64,000 nt of DNA from Gammaproteobacteria bacterium (GTDB lineage Bacteria; Pseudomonadota; Gammaproteobacteria; UBA4575). The stretch lies in contig OZ243969.1 in assembly GCA_965214675.1 (NCBI GenBank), positions 1,797,511 to 1,861,510 on the forward strand, given 5' to 3'. The translations under genes and the position numbers were made by a program. Under the pieces are notes generated by a model. It had not been told where the DNA came from. It did no database searches and was given only the letters and a program-made list of their open reading frames with translations. Within the stretch, counting starts at the first letter, position 1, and the number at the start of each line of letters is the position of its first letter. Positions 40,836-49,293 of this stretch are shown piece by piece.

Positions 40836-41165
40836 TTAGGTAGGCAAATCCTGCCAAATCAAGGCGTACCTTGATTGGTCAACTTTGCCTCGATTGTAGT
40901 GCAAAGTGATTTCGGCTCCATGGGCCTTCAGGGTCTGGTTAATCGCACTACGGAAAATCAATTGACGAAACTGGCTATATTCGACACGGTGGAAGGCCGT
41001 GCCATGACTCTGAAGGAAGGAGTGCAATACAGGTAATGTAAAACACCAGCATTCCTGGTCCAGTTCGAAGCCAGGCTCTCTTGCCAGCTTGGGCAGCAAA
41101 TCCTGATCTTTTTGAGCGACCTGTTCAAAAAATGAAAGCAGTTCCTCTTGCAGGTCAGGCATCAA
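40836..41165 (-). CDS. hypothetical protein
   Basis: 109-aa ORF with protein-like composition filling the gap downstream of cynS. Confidence 0.55.
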   Translation of the reverse strand: MMPDLQEELLSFFEQVAQKDQDLLPKLAREPGFELDQECWCFTLPVLHSFLQSHGTAFHRVEYSQFRQLIFRSAINQTLKAHGAEITLHYNRGKVDQSRYALIWQDLPT

Positions 41166-41327
41166 GGCATACTACAGTCGATTGTCGTACCGGCACGGTC
41201 CTATCCCTTGTATCACCCCACACTCCTCATGCGCCTCCTGCATTCCCTTTGCGACGACGCATTTTCTTGTACCGGATCCGGGACACAAGGCTCGTCGGGC
41301 ATCAGGCTGTGTTTGAATACTGTACGA

Positions 41328-41768
41328 CTACCATGAACTGTATTTCAGGAATTTACCATTCATCGTGATCACGACACGATCTCCTTTCGGGTTCTCTTCC
41401 TTATCAATGTCCATGGAAAAATCGATGGCACTCATGATGCCATCGCCAAACTTCTCACCAATAATCTGTTTGATGGTGTAGCCATAGACACCGACAATTT
41501 CGTAAAACCTGTAGATGACAGGGTCTTGCGGCACAATTTTATCCCAGGCCTTGTTAGGAAATTCCTGCAAAGTGGCACACACATCATCGTCTAGTTCAAG
41601 CACCTCGCATAAGCTTTTGGCAGCATCTTCAGGCATGCTGTTCAGCCCATAACTTGCAGAAGCCACCCAGACCTCACCCATACCCATCTTGCTGGCAATT
41701 GCTTCCCAGGTGAGTCCTTTTGCCTTTTTCGAGGCCATAATTTGATCGGTCATTTCTTCTTTTGTCAT
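41328..41768 (-). CDS. cynS: cyanase
   Basis: DPVIYRFYEI, EKFGDGIMSAIDF, GDRVVITMNGKFL.Y..W. Confidence 0.96.
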   Translation of the reverse strand: MTKEEMTDQIMASKKAKGLTWEAIASKMGMGEVWVASASYGLNSMPEDAAKSLCEVLELDDDVCATLQEFPNKAWDKIVPQDPVIYRFYEIVGVYGYTIKQIIGEKFGDGIMSAIDFSMDIDKEENPKGDRVVITMNGKFLKYSSW

Positions 41769-41805
41769 TATTATTTACTCCGTATACGCTACATAGTTAT
41801 ATTTC

Positions 41806-41934
41806 AGCAAAAAACGGGCCAACTCTGCGAACCAAGAGAGTTCATTGAAATTTTGTCATATCTGGGTCATTAAAGAAGACGTCGTGACTGCATTATTGCA
41901 CTGAAATGGTGCATTTTTGCACTAAAATCTTGCG
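41806..41934 (-). promoter_or_regulatory. sigma54 promoter and NtrC sites for cynS
   Basis: Minus strand TTGGCCCGTTTTTTGCT (41806-41822); TGCAC-N7-GTGCA at 41897-41913; second site TGCACTAAAATCTTGCG at 41918-41934. Confidence 0.8.
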
Positions 41935-42003
41935 GCTGGCTGTTTATAAGGACTCGTGAATATGAAACTTACAGACACGCGTTATTTCGCACCCAATCCG
42001 GAA

Positions 42004-42936
42004 TTACTGCATGCTTTTCGTCTGAAGCATCGCTGAAGACCATTCCGAGGCAAGCTCCAGGAAGGCGAGGCATGCGGGACTTTTGTACCCGCTTTTGTGC
42101 CAGATCATGCTGACCGTGTGATGAGGAAGTTCTGGCATGACTTCAATAGGATGGAGTCCCCTTTGTGTGTTGATGATGGTACTGGGCAGGACTGTGGCCA
42201 GTGAACCCAGTTCAACCATCTCAATGATCACCGTCAGTGAATTGGTCTCAATCACATTTCGTGGTTCAATACCGTAGTCATGGCAATAGCGATCAATATG
42301 ATGTCGAAGGGCAAAGTCGGTATTCAGCTGTACCAGGGACTCCTTGCCAAAGTCCTGGGCATTGAGATGTTTTTTTCGTTTGGCGCGGGGATGCGCATCG
42401 CCGACGGCAAGATAAAGGGCCTCCTCGAACAAGGTAAAAGTTTCCGTATTACTGGAGGCTTCCTCGGAATCGGAGGGCTTGCTGAATGCGATTCCGATGT
42501 CAATTCGGGCCTCTGATATTGCAGGCTCAATATCATCTTGGGGCATATCCAGTGTGCTCAGCGTGATGCCAGGATACAGATGGTGATAGCGGGCCAGTAA
42601 GGAGCACGTCAGGTAGTCTGTTATTGGCGTCCACCCCAGTCGCAGTGAGCCACGACTGAGATCTTGAACATCCTGGATCGCCCGGGTACCGATGTTCAAT
42701 TCTCCCCATGCACGGCGTGCATGCTGCAGAAAGATTTTCCCGGCATCGGTCAGTTGTACAGAGCGGCCCGACCGGTCCAGCAGGGGTGACTGCAGGTAAT
42801 CTTCCAGTTGTTTGATTTGCTGGGATAACGTGGGCTGTGAAACATGCAAGGCCTCTGCCGCACGCGTATAGCTGCCATATTCTGCTATGGCAATCAGGTA
42901 CTGGAGAGAACGTGGGAAGATGTCCCGTCGGTCCAT
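42004..42936 (-). CDS. cynR: CynR-like LysR transcriptional regulator
   Basis: HTH TRAAEALHVSQPTLSQQIKQLE, DLSRGSLRLG.TP, DIGIAF, FALR..ID.Y. Confidence 0.85.
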   Translation of the reverse strand: MDRRDIFPRSLQYLIAIAEYGSYTRAAEALHVSQPTLSQQIKQLEDYLQSPLLDRSGRSVQLTDAGKIFLQHARRAWGELNIGTRAIQDVQDLSRGSLRLGWTPITDYLTCSLLARYHHLYPGITLSTLDMPQDDIEPAISEARIDIGIAFSKPSDSEEASSNTETFTLFEEALYLAVGDAHPRAKRKKHLNAQDFGKESLVQLNTDFALRHHIDRYCHDYGIEPRNVIETNSLTVIIEMVELGSLATVLPSTIINTQRGLHPIEVMPELPHHTVSMIWHKSGYKSPACLAFLELASEWSSAMLQTKSMQ

Positions 42937-42999
42937 AGTTAAACCCTATAAGTTTGATAAATATAAAGTCTTGGATTAATAACATAACTCCATTAGACT
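42935..42999 (+). promoter_or_regulatory. LysR operator (T-N11-A) and sigma70 promoter of scn operon
   Basis: ATAG-TTAAACC-CTAT (42935-42949) overlapping the cynR start codon, then 21 nt, then TTGGAT-N17-TAGACT. Confidence 0.72.
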
Positions 43000-43129
43000 T
43001 GTCATTACCTCACATTAAGGCCCTATAAAATTAGTATATAAGCGAATTCTAAAGTACACCGAATCACCCAACATGCAAGGCAACTTGTTTGACATCCGGA
43101 TATGCGAAAAATAAGAGGAGTTCAAAACT

Positions 43130-43561
43130 ATGCCATCTGATACCAGACAGAAAGTAATGCGGCACATTGACATAGTCGGTCAATTGCAACCAGCTTTACA
43201 TCAGCCGCAGCATGCCCCCCTTCCCACTGCTATTGATAACGCTCATTTCAGAGCCTACATGCGTACTTCACACGATGTAGGTGGAGAGCCCGATGTGTCA
43301 ATTGAGTGGCATGAAAAAGAAGAAGAACAGTGGGAATTAAACACCTACGTGACGTGCGAGTGTTTGGCATGGCGCGGTGTATGGAATGCCGAGGAAAGAC
43401 GACGTCGGCAGAATGTCGACTTGGGTCAAACACAATACCTGGGTTTGCCTTATTACGGGCGTTGGCTGCTATCTGCTGCAAGGATCATGGTGGATAAGCA
43501 GCATATTACTCTCACAGAATTAATGAATAAGATCGATGAGGTGAAAAAGCGACATGAGTAG
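43130..43561 (+). CDS. scnB: thiocyanate hydrolase beta subunit
   Basis: QPALHQ, HDVGGE, HEKEEE.WELNT..TCECLAWRGVW.AEERRR.QN.D.GQT.YLG.PYYGRWLL, as in Thiobacillus thioparus ScnB (recalled). Confidence 0.93.
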   Translation: MPSDTRQKVMRHIDIVGQLQPALHQPQHAPLPTAIDNAHFRAYMRTSHDVGGEPDVSIEWHEKEEEQWELNTYVTCECLAWRGVWNAEERRRRQNVDLGQTQYLGLPYYGRWLLSAARIMVDKQHITLTELMNKIDEVKKRHE

Positions 43562-43907
43562 AGGTCATCATGCTGAAAAAGCGACCGGCAAGGGCGATCC
43601 ACAATGCTTTGTAGGGGAAGCTCCGCCGCCAAAGTTTAAAGTCGGGGATCGCGTAAGGATCCGGGATTTGCCAGACATTTTCTATACCCGATGCCAAGTG
43701 TATACGCGGGGTGCCGAAGGGGTGGTCGCGGTTGTCACACATGAAAGTCCTGCCCCTGAGGATGAGGCCTGGGATAATGTGGATGCACCCGAGTGGTTCT
43801 ACATTGTGCGCTTCAAGCAGAAGGAGCTTTGGTCGGAATATCCTGATGTTTACGCGAATGACACTTTGCAGACAGAATTTTCAGAACGTTGGCTAGAGCC
43901 TGTTTAA
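43554..43907 (+). CDS. scnA: thiocyanate hydrolase alpha subunit
   Basis: ATG.GDPQCF, KF.VGDRVRI.DLPD.FYTR, YTRGA, ESPA.EDEA, ANDTL.TE. Confidence 0.93.
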   Translation: MSRGHHAEKATGKGDPQCFVGEAPPPKFKVGDRVRIRDLPDIFYTRCQVYTRGAEGVVAVVTHESPAPEDEAWDNVDAPEWFYIVRFKQKELWSEYPDVYANDTLQTEFSERWLEPV

Positions 43908-43954
43908 GCTTGGCTGACTGTATCGATAAAAAGAATTGAATAGAGAGGAACGAA

Positions 43955-44647
43955 ATGGCAGAGAAACATAAGCCCGCACCTATGGTGGATGAAGTAAGTG
44001 ACTTTGAGGTTCTGGAAGTTGCCGTTCGAGAGTTGGCTATTGAAAAGGGTCTTTTTAGCGCTGAAGATCATCGGCGTTTTGCAGAATTTGCACATAGCAT
44101 AGGCCCTTTACCTGCAGCGCGACTCGTGGCGAAGTCCTGGCTGGACCCTGAGTTTAAAAAACTGGCTCTGGAAGACGGGTTTACCGCTAGCAAGGAAGTT
44201 GGAATCGACTGGCTGAATCCGACAGGATTTGGGACACCCAGTGATTATTGTGACCTGCGTGTCCTTGAAAACACGCCGTCGGTGCATCATGTGGTCGTGT
44301 GCACATTATGTTCATGCTATCCCAGACCGATCCTGGGCCATTCTCCTGAGTGGTACAGGACTCCAAATTATCGTCGCAGACTGGTTCGCTGGCCACGCCA
44401 GGTGTTGTCAGAGTTTGGTTTGCAAATTCCAGCAGATGTTGAGGTCAGGGTTGAGGACTCGAATCAGAAATGCCGTTTCATGGTCATGCCTATGCGGCCT
44501 GAGGGCACTGAGGACTGGAGTGAAGATCAGCTGGCTGAAATTGTTACACGTGATTGCATGCTGGGAGTTGCATTACCACATCCGGAGCGCAAGGCTGATG
44601 ACAAGCGGCCCGTACATAAGGCAGCCAACCCGGTTCACGGGCATTGA
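43955..44647 (+). CDS. scnC: thiocyanate hydrolase gamma subunit (Co-binding)
   Basis: HKPAPMV, FGTPSDYC, VVCTLCSCYPRPILG (Co-type metal motif), NYRRRLVRWPRQVL. Confidence 0.95.
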   Translation: MAEKHKPAPMVDEVSDFEVLEVAVRELAIEKGLFSAEDHRRFAEFAHSIGPLPAARLVAKSWLDPEFKKLALEDGFTASKEVGIDWLNPTGFGTPSDYCDLRVLENTPSVHHVVVCTLCSCYPRPILGHSPEWYRTPNYRRRLVRWPRQVLSEFGLQIPADVEVRVEDSNQKCRFMVMPMRPEGTEDWSEDQLAEIVTRDCMLGVALPHPERKADDKRPVHKAANPVHGH

Positions 44648-44653
44648 TGCAGC

Positions 44654-45049
44654 GTGATGGACGACGCCACAGAAAAAAATGCCCCAGGAGCTGATCCGGC
44701 GAGCAATATGCCGGAATTTTCTTCTGTGTCTTTGCTGGAGAAGATTCGCACGCAGGGAAAAGCCTGGAAGGACCTGGCAAATCAATACGGTGTGGACAAC
44801 CCGGATCCTCCATGGAAGATAAATTTGGATTCAACCTGTGAGGCACTTTCTGCTGAGCAGTGTGCGCTCCCGGTACTGGAGCGCAGAAATGAAGAGGATA
44901 CGCTCTCCGAGAGCATGTACAAAGACGTTCCTTATCCGGAACGACAACTGCTCGCCCTGGCTCATTCCATGATTCAGCGCGGCTTGATAGATGAGGATGA
45001 ACTTGCGCTTCGCATGAAGTATGTCAGCAAGCGACTAAACAGCGTCTGA
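44654..45049 (+). CDS. thiocyanate hydrolase activator (P15K-like)
   Basis: Immediately after scnC; PPWK..LD..C, RR..ED.L...Y...PYPE.QLLALAHS...RGLIDE.EL..RM, similar to NHase beta-N-like accessory proteins. Confidence 0.75.
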   Translation: MMDDATEKNAPGADPASNMPEFSSVSLLEKIRTQGKAWKDLANQYGVDNPDPPWKINLDSTCEALSAEQCALPVLERRNEEDTLSESMYKDVPYPERQLLALAHSMIQRGLIDEDELALRMKYVSKRLNSV

Positions 45050-45125
45050 CGGGGCAATCACAGGTAGCAGGGCATCAGGTAGAGAGCATGACTGAAAGTC
45101 AACGATAACAAGGACAACATACTCT

Positions 45126-45488
45126 ATGGCAAATATATTCATGAAGTCTTCATGGGGGAGTGATGATCCCACACGGGCAGCTATGGTGTTTGGGCATGCA
45201 AATGCCTTGGCAAGTGCGGGACATGAGGTACGGATATTCCTACTCGGGGAAGCAGTCTGCCTGGCCCGGCCGGTAGTGCGGGAAAATATGATTCCCGTGG
45301 GGTGGCCGTCTGTTGCGACTCAATGGGATGAGGCAATTGGGAATGGGGTCAGGATTGAATGCTGTGGTGCATGCTCCAGAGCCAGAGGACTAAGTGAAGA
45401 CGACATGGCAAAAGCCGGTGCACAACCCGGCAATCCTGATACCTTTGTGGAAAGCGTAGAATGGTCCGATAAGATCATTGCCGAATGA
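45126..45488 (+). CDS. DsrE-family protein
   Basis: GSDDPTRA, GHEVRIFLLGEAV, CCGAC..ARG, WSDKII. Confidence 0.82.
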   Translation: MANIFMKSSWGSDDPTRAAMVFGHANALASAGHEVRIFLLGEAVCLARPVVRENMIPVGWPSVATQWDEAIGNGVRIECCGACSRARGLSEDDMAKAGAQPGNPDTFVESVEWSDKIIAE

Positions 45489-45613
45489 ACATGAGACAGG
45501 ATCGAACAAGTTTGGCTTGGTTCTTGCTTGGGACACTATGCAGGGAATGCATGTAGAGAGATGAAGCAGCTCGTAATATTAGGTATAGACCGACACAGAG
45601 GTAGGAAGCATAT

Positions 45614-46444
45614 ATGGAAAAACGCAAAGGCGTACACATTAATATCAAGGATCTTACCCACCGCTATACCTCTAAGAGCCCCATTACCTTTGAGAAAGTC
45701 AACATTGAGGCCGACCCGGGAGAGGCACTGGTCATCATTGGAAGGTCCGGTTGCGGCAAGTCAACCCTTTTGCATATTTTGGCAGGCTTGCTGGAAAAAT
45801 CGAGCGGGATTGTCCGTCTCGACGAGAAAGATGTTACGGAGCCTTCATCCCATTGGATAATGATGTTTCAGGCGCCTCATCTTTTCCCGTGGATGACGGT
45901 GGAACAGAATGTAGGTACTGGCTTGCGGTTTGCCCATTGGCCAGAAAAAAAAATGAAAAAACGCATTGCCGAGGTGATTAATCTGGTGAGTCTTGACGAG
46001 TACGCAAAAAACAATACGCAAGATCTGTCGGGTGGTCAGCAGCAGCGTGTTGCGCTCGCACGCTCCCTGGTAATGGAGCCTGACCTGCTCCTGCTTGACG
46101 AGCCTTTTTCTGCACTAGATGCTTTTACTCGCGCGACGCTGCAAAAAGATGTCAGGGCCATTTCAAAGCAACTGGGGTTCAACTTGGTAATGGTGACTCA
46201 CGATATAGATGAAGCGGTGATCATGGCTGATCGCGCTCTGGTTATGGCAGGTTCGCCTGGCAAAATTGTCCATGACTTCAAGGTGGATCTTGATGATCCG
46301 CGTGAAAGACAGGATCCAAAGGTACAGGCGATGCGTGTGAGCTTAATGGAAATTTTCCATCATGCTGCAGGCGTTTCTGTGAACGATTCCAACATGGAAG
46401 GAGATGATGCTAACCAATCGGACATAGAGTTGGTTGGTAACTAA
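45614..46444 (+). CDS. NitT/TauT-type ABC ATP-binding protein
   Basis: GRSGCGKST, LFPWMTV, LSGGQQQR, LDEPFSALD. Confidence 0.92.
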   Translation: MEKRKGVHINIKDLTHRYTSKSPITFEKVNIEADPGEALVIIGRSGCGKSTLLHILAGLLEKSSGIVRLDEKDVTEPSSHWIMMFQAPHLFPWMTVEQNVGTGLRFAHWPEKKMKKRIAEVINLVSLDEYAKNNTQDLSGGQQQRVALARSLVMEPDLLLLDEPFSALDAFTRATLQKDVRAISKQLGFNLVMVTHDIDEAVIMADRALVMAGSPGKIVHDFKVDLDDPRERQDPKVQAMRVSLMEIFHHAAGVSVNDSNMEGDDANQSDIELVGN

Positions 46445-46510
46445 AAGAATGTCTGAAAGTGCACTTCAGACCCTATTAACTACGAGAGTAACGATTTGAG
46501 GAATTCCGAC

Positions 46511-47803
46511 ATGAAGAAAATTTACGAGAAACATGGCGATGGGGTACAGATTGATGATCCCAAACTCGCCATAGAGTATGACCCGCTGTTTAAGGGGGCG
46601 TTAGGTACCGGTATCAACCGGCGCGAATTGCTGCAGGTAGGAGGACTTGCTGCATTGGGTGGCGGGGCAGGGGCCTTGCCCATGCCAAGCTTTGCCAAGA
46701 AAAAATGGGACCCGGTAATCAAGATCGGCTACATCCCCATCACGGATGCGGCAGCTCTGCTGATTGCGCATGATCAGGGCTATTTCAAGGACGAAGGCAT
46801 TGATTCTGTGAAGCCAACACTGATCCGTGGTTGGTCGCCCTTGGTAGAAGCCTTTGCAGCTCATCGCTTCAACCTGACCCATATGCTGATCCCGATTCCA
46901 GTGTGGATGCGTTATAACAACAAGTATCCGATCAAGATCACTGCTTGGGACCACACCAACGGTTCGGCGGTATTGGTAGGTAAGAAGAGCGGTATCAATG
47001 AACCCAAGGACTTTGGCGGTAAACAGTTTGCTGTGCCGTACTGGTACTCGATCCACAACATTGTTTCGCAAAGAATCATGAAAGCGGCTGGTATCAAGCC
47101 AGTGATCAGACCACAGTCTGCGAAGCTGGCAGATGATGAGTGCAACTTCCTGGTGTTGGCACCGCCGTCCATGCCGCCTGCACTGGCTGCGGGAACGATT
47201 GATGGCTACTGTGTGGCTGAGCCGTTTAACGCCCTGGGCGAGCTTAAAGCGGGTGGAAAGGTACTACGCTTTACAGGTGATGCATGGAAAGGACACCCTT
47301 GCTGCGTTGTAGTCATGCATGAAGAGGATGCTATGGACCCCGATCGTGCTGCATGGGCACAGGGAGTACATAATGCGGTAGTCAGAGCCCAGATTCATCT
47401 GGCTGAAAACAGGGAAGCCATGTCGGAACTGCTCTCGCGTGACGGTAAAGGCTATTTGCCTGTCCCGAAAGAGGTTGTGAAGCGAGCAATGATGTTTTAT
47501 GACCCTGCGTACTACAAAAATCCTCAGGCAATCAAGCATCCTGAATGGGATCAGAACCGTATTGATTTTCAGGCATGGCCATACCGGTCAGCGACAGAGC
47601 TCGTCGTTAGCGATCTGAAAGAAACGGTAGTTACGGGGGATGCGCGGTTCCTGGACACGCTCACGCCTCAGCATGTAGCCAATGACCTTGTCAATTATGA
47701 CTACGTGAAGAACGCATTGGAGTCACATCCCAAGTGGAGAAACGATGCGAGCGTGCCGCAAGAAGGTGATCCGTATATCCGTTCGGAGGTGTTTGTACTT
47801 TGA
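46511..47803 (+). CDS. CmpA/NrtA-like ABC substrate-binding protein, Tat signal
   Basis: NRRELL twin-Arg, KIGYIPITDA, HTNGSA, AVPYWYSIHN, VAEPFNA, HPCCV. Confidence 0.88.
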   Translation: MKKIYEKHGDGVQIDDPKLAIEYDPLFKGALGTGINRRELLQVGGLAALGGGAGALPMPSFAKKKWDPVIKIGYIPITDAAALLIAHDQGYFKDEGIDSVKPTLIRGWSPLVEAFAAHRFNLTHMLIPIPVWMRYNNKYPIKITAWDHTNGSAVLVGKKSGINEPKDFGGKQFAVPYWYSIHNIVSQRIMKAAGIKPVIRPQSAKLADDECNFLVLAPPSMPPALAAGTIDGYCVAEPFNALGELKAGGKVLRFTGDAWKGHPCCVVVMHEEDAMDPDRAAWAQGVHNAVVRAQIHLAENREAMSELLSRDGKGYLPVPKEVVKRAMMFYDPAYYKNPQAIKHPEWDQNRIDFQAWPYRSATELVVSDLKETVVTGDARFLDTLTPQHVANDLVNYDYVKNALESHPKWRNDASVPQEGDPYIRSEVFVL

Positions 47804-48657
47804 GTAACGGAAAAGTAGATGTAGCTGATGTAGATGCAGGCACAAGTACGGCTGCATCTTCAAAAGCTAGGTCAAATACTTCGACTGCAAAGTCGATGGG
47901 TAAGAGCCTGTTCAATTGGGCAGCTGGCTTGGGGATCCTGTTTGTATTTTGGTGGTTTGGAGGCTATCTCATTGAGATCAATCCTGACACCACGAACTTC
48001 AAGGACTTTGGGCCAATTCCAACGTTCAAGGCATTCCCGGAGCTTTTTGCGATCGGCAAGATACAGGCAGCAGTCACAACAAGTGGTTATCGCTTGGGTG
48101 CCGGTCTGCTTATAGCCATTGTCGCGGGTGTACCCATTGGGATTTTGTTGGGTCGTAGTACGATTTTCCGTGAACTCAGTAATTCGCCGTTTCAGTTGAT
48201 CCGTATGATTAGCCCGCTTTCATGGGAGCCAATCGCGGTCATCGTATTTGCCACCTGGAATGGAGCAATCGTATTTCTGATTGCTGTAGCCGCCATCTGG
48301 CCAGTCGTGTTTGCTACGGCAGCAGGCTTGGCCAAGGTGGACCCGGCCTGGTTCAAGGTTGCCCGCAACCTAGGGGCAAAGCCATGGCATATGGTGACGG
48401 AAATTATCCTGCCCGCAATTTTGTTTGATATCCTGACCGGTGTTCGACTGGCATTGGGTGTCGGATGGATTGTACTGGTGCCGGCAGAATTTCTTGGAGT
48501 CACTTCAGGGCTTGGCTACTCCATAGCAGATGCCAGGGAAACACTCTCCTATGACCAACTGACTGCGATGGTGCTCACTATTGGTGTAATGGGCTACATA
48601 CTTGACAGCTCCCTTGCGATGCTGATCAAACGCTACAGTTGGCACCATGCAAGGTGA
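47800..48657 (+). CDS. NitT/TauT-type ABC permease
   Basis: RMISPLSW.P, VARNLGA, VPAEFLGVTSGLGY. Confidence 0.9.
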   Translation: MSNGKVDVADVDAGTSTAASSKARSNTSTAKSMGKSLFNWAAGLGILFVFWWFGGYLIEINPDTTNFKDFGPIPTFKAFPELFAIGKIQAAVTTSGYRLGAGLLIAIVAGVPIGILLGRSTIFRELSNSPFQLIRMISPLSWEPIAVIVFATWNGAIVFLIAVAAIWPVVFATAAGLAKVDPAWFKVARNLGAKPWHMVTEIILPAILFDILTGVRLALGVGWIVLVPAEFLGVTSGLGYSIADARETLSYDQLTAMVLTIGVMGYILDSSLAMLIKRYSWHHAR

Positions 48658-48720
48658 GCGAATACTGGATAAATGAAAATTAATTAGTGCTTTAAACTAA
48701 ATCGAGGACAAGAGATAACT

Positions 48721-48915
48721 ATGCAAAATCAGATAGCAACCAGTTCAAAACTGCGTGATGTAACGATATCAAAGGCTACGTGGCGGCCACTACAGATTGC
48801 CGCCGCCTTTTTGTTGGGGGCCGTAATCTTGTATGGTGTGGGATTTGCAAATTCAGCTGCAGTGCACAATGCAGCCCATGATGTGCGCCACACCCAAGTA
48901 TTCCCTTGCCACTAG
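48721..48915 (+). CDS. cbtB: second CbtB-family cobalt transporter subunit
   Basis: One TM followed by VHNAAHDVRHTQVFPCH. Confidence 0.9.
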   Translation: MQNQIATSSKLRDVTISKATWRPLQIAAAFLLGAVILYGVGFANSAAVHNAAHDVRHTQVFPCH

Positions 48916-48960
48916 GCATTTGGGAAACATTACAGGAAACTACTGAGAATTCCTCTCGAT

Positions 48961-49007
48961 GGCTTGGCTAATGGTCAGGATGACCATTGGCCAAGCCTGT
49001 ATTTTTG
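48961..49007 (+). terminator. probable terminator of scn operon
   Basis: GGCTTGGCTAATGGTCA-GGA-TGACCATTGGCCAAGCC 17-bp stem followed by TGTATTTTT. Confidence 0.7.
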
Positions 49008-49220
49008 GCTGGCTTGTAATTTTGAATTCAGGCTGCCCTCTCAGGCGCTATAACTTGCCTTACCTGTAGAGCATACCTGTCTACACGGCTAAAATTTATC
49101 CTCCTCTGGAGAATTACTGACTCAATTAGGTAGAGATCATCCCGCCAATCATGAACGGTGCAGGTTAGCTTACTCGAGTTGAACTGGATTCGACGAGTAG
49201 AGAGAGTAGTAGTTGTGCCC

Positions 49221-49250
49221 AAAAAAAGAGGGGTGCAATCTGCACCCCTC
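49221..49250 (-). terminator. rho-independent terminator of porin gene
   Basis: Minus strand GAGGGGTGCA-GAT-TGCACCCCTC-TTTTTT. Confidence 0.85.
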
Positions 49251-49293
49251 GGGTTTTGTGATATGACTTGCCTTTTGGCTAAAAGAGCCCAGG

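Noticed and set aside
43130-44647. Nitrile hydratase
   Set aside because: The split beta/alpha plus gamma arrangement and the Arg-rich motifs match thiocyanate hydrolase.
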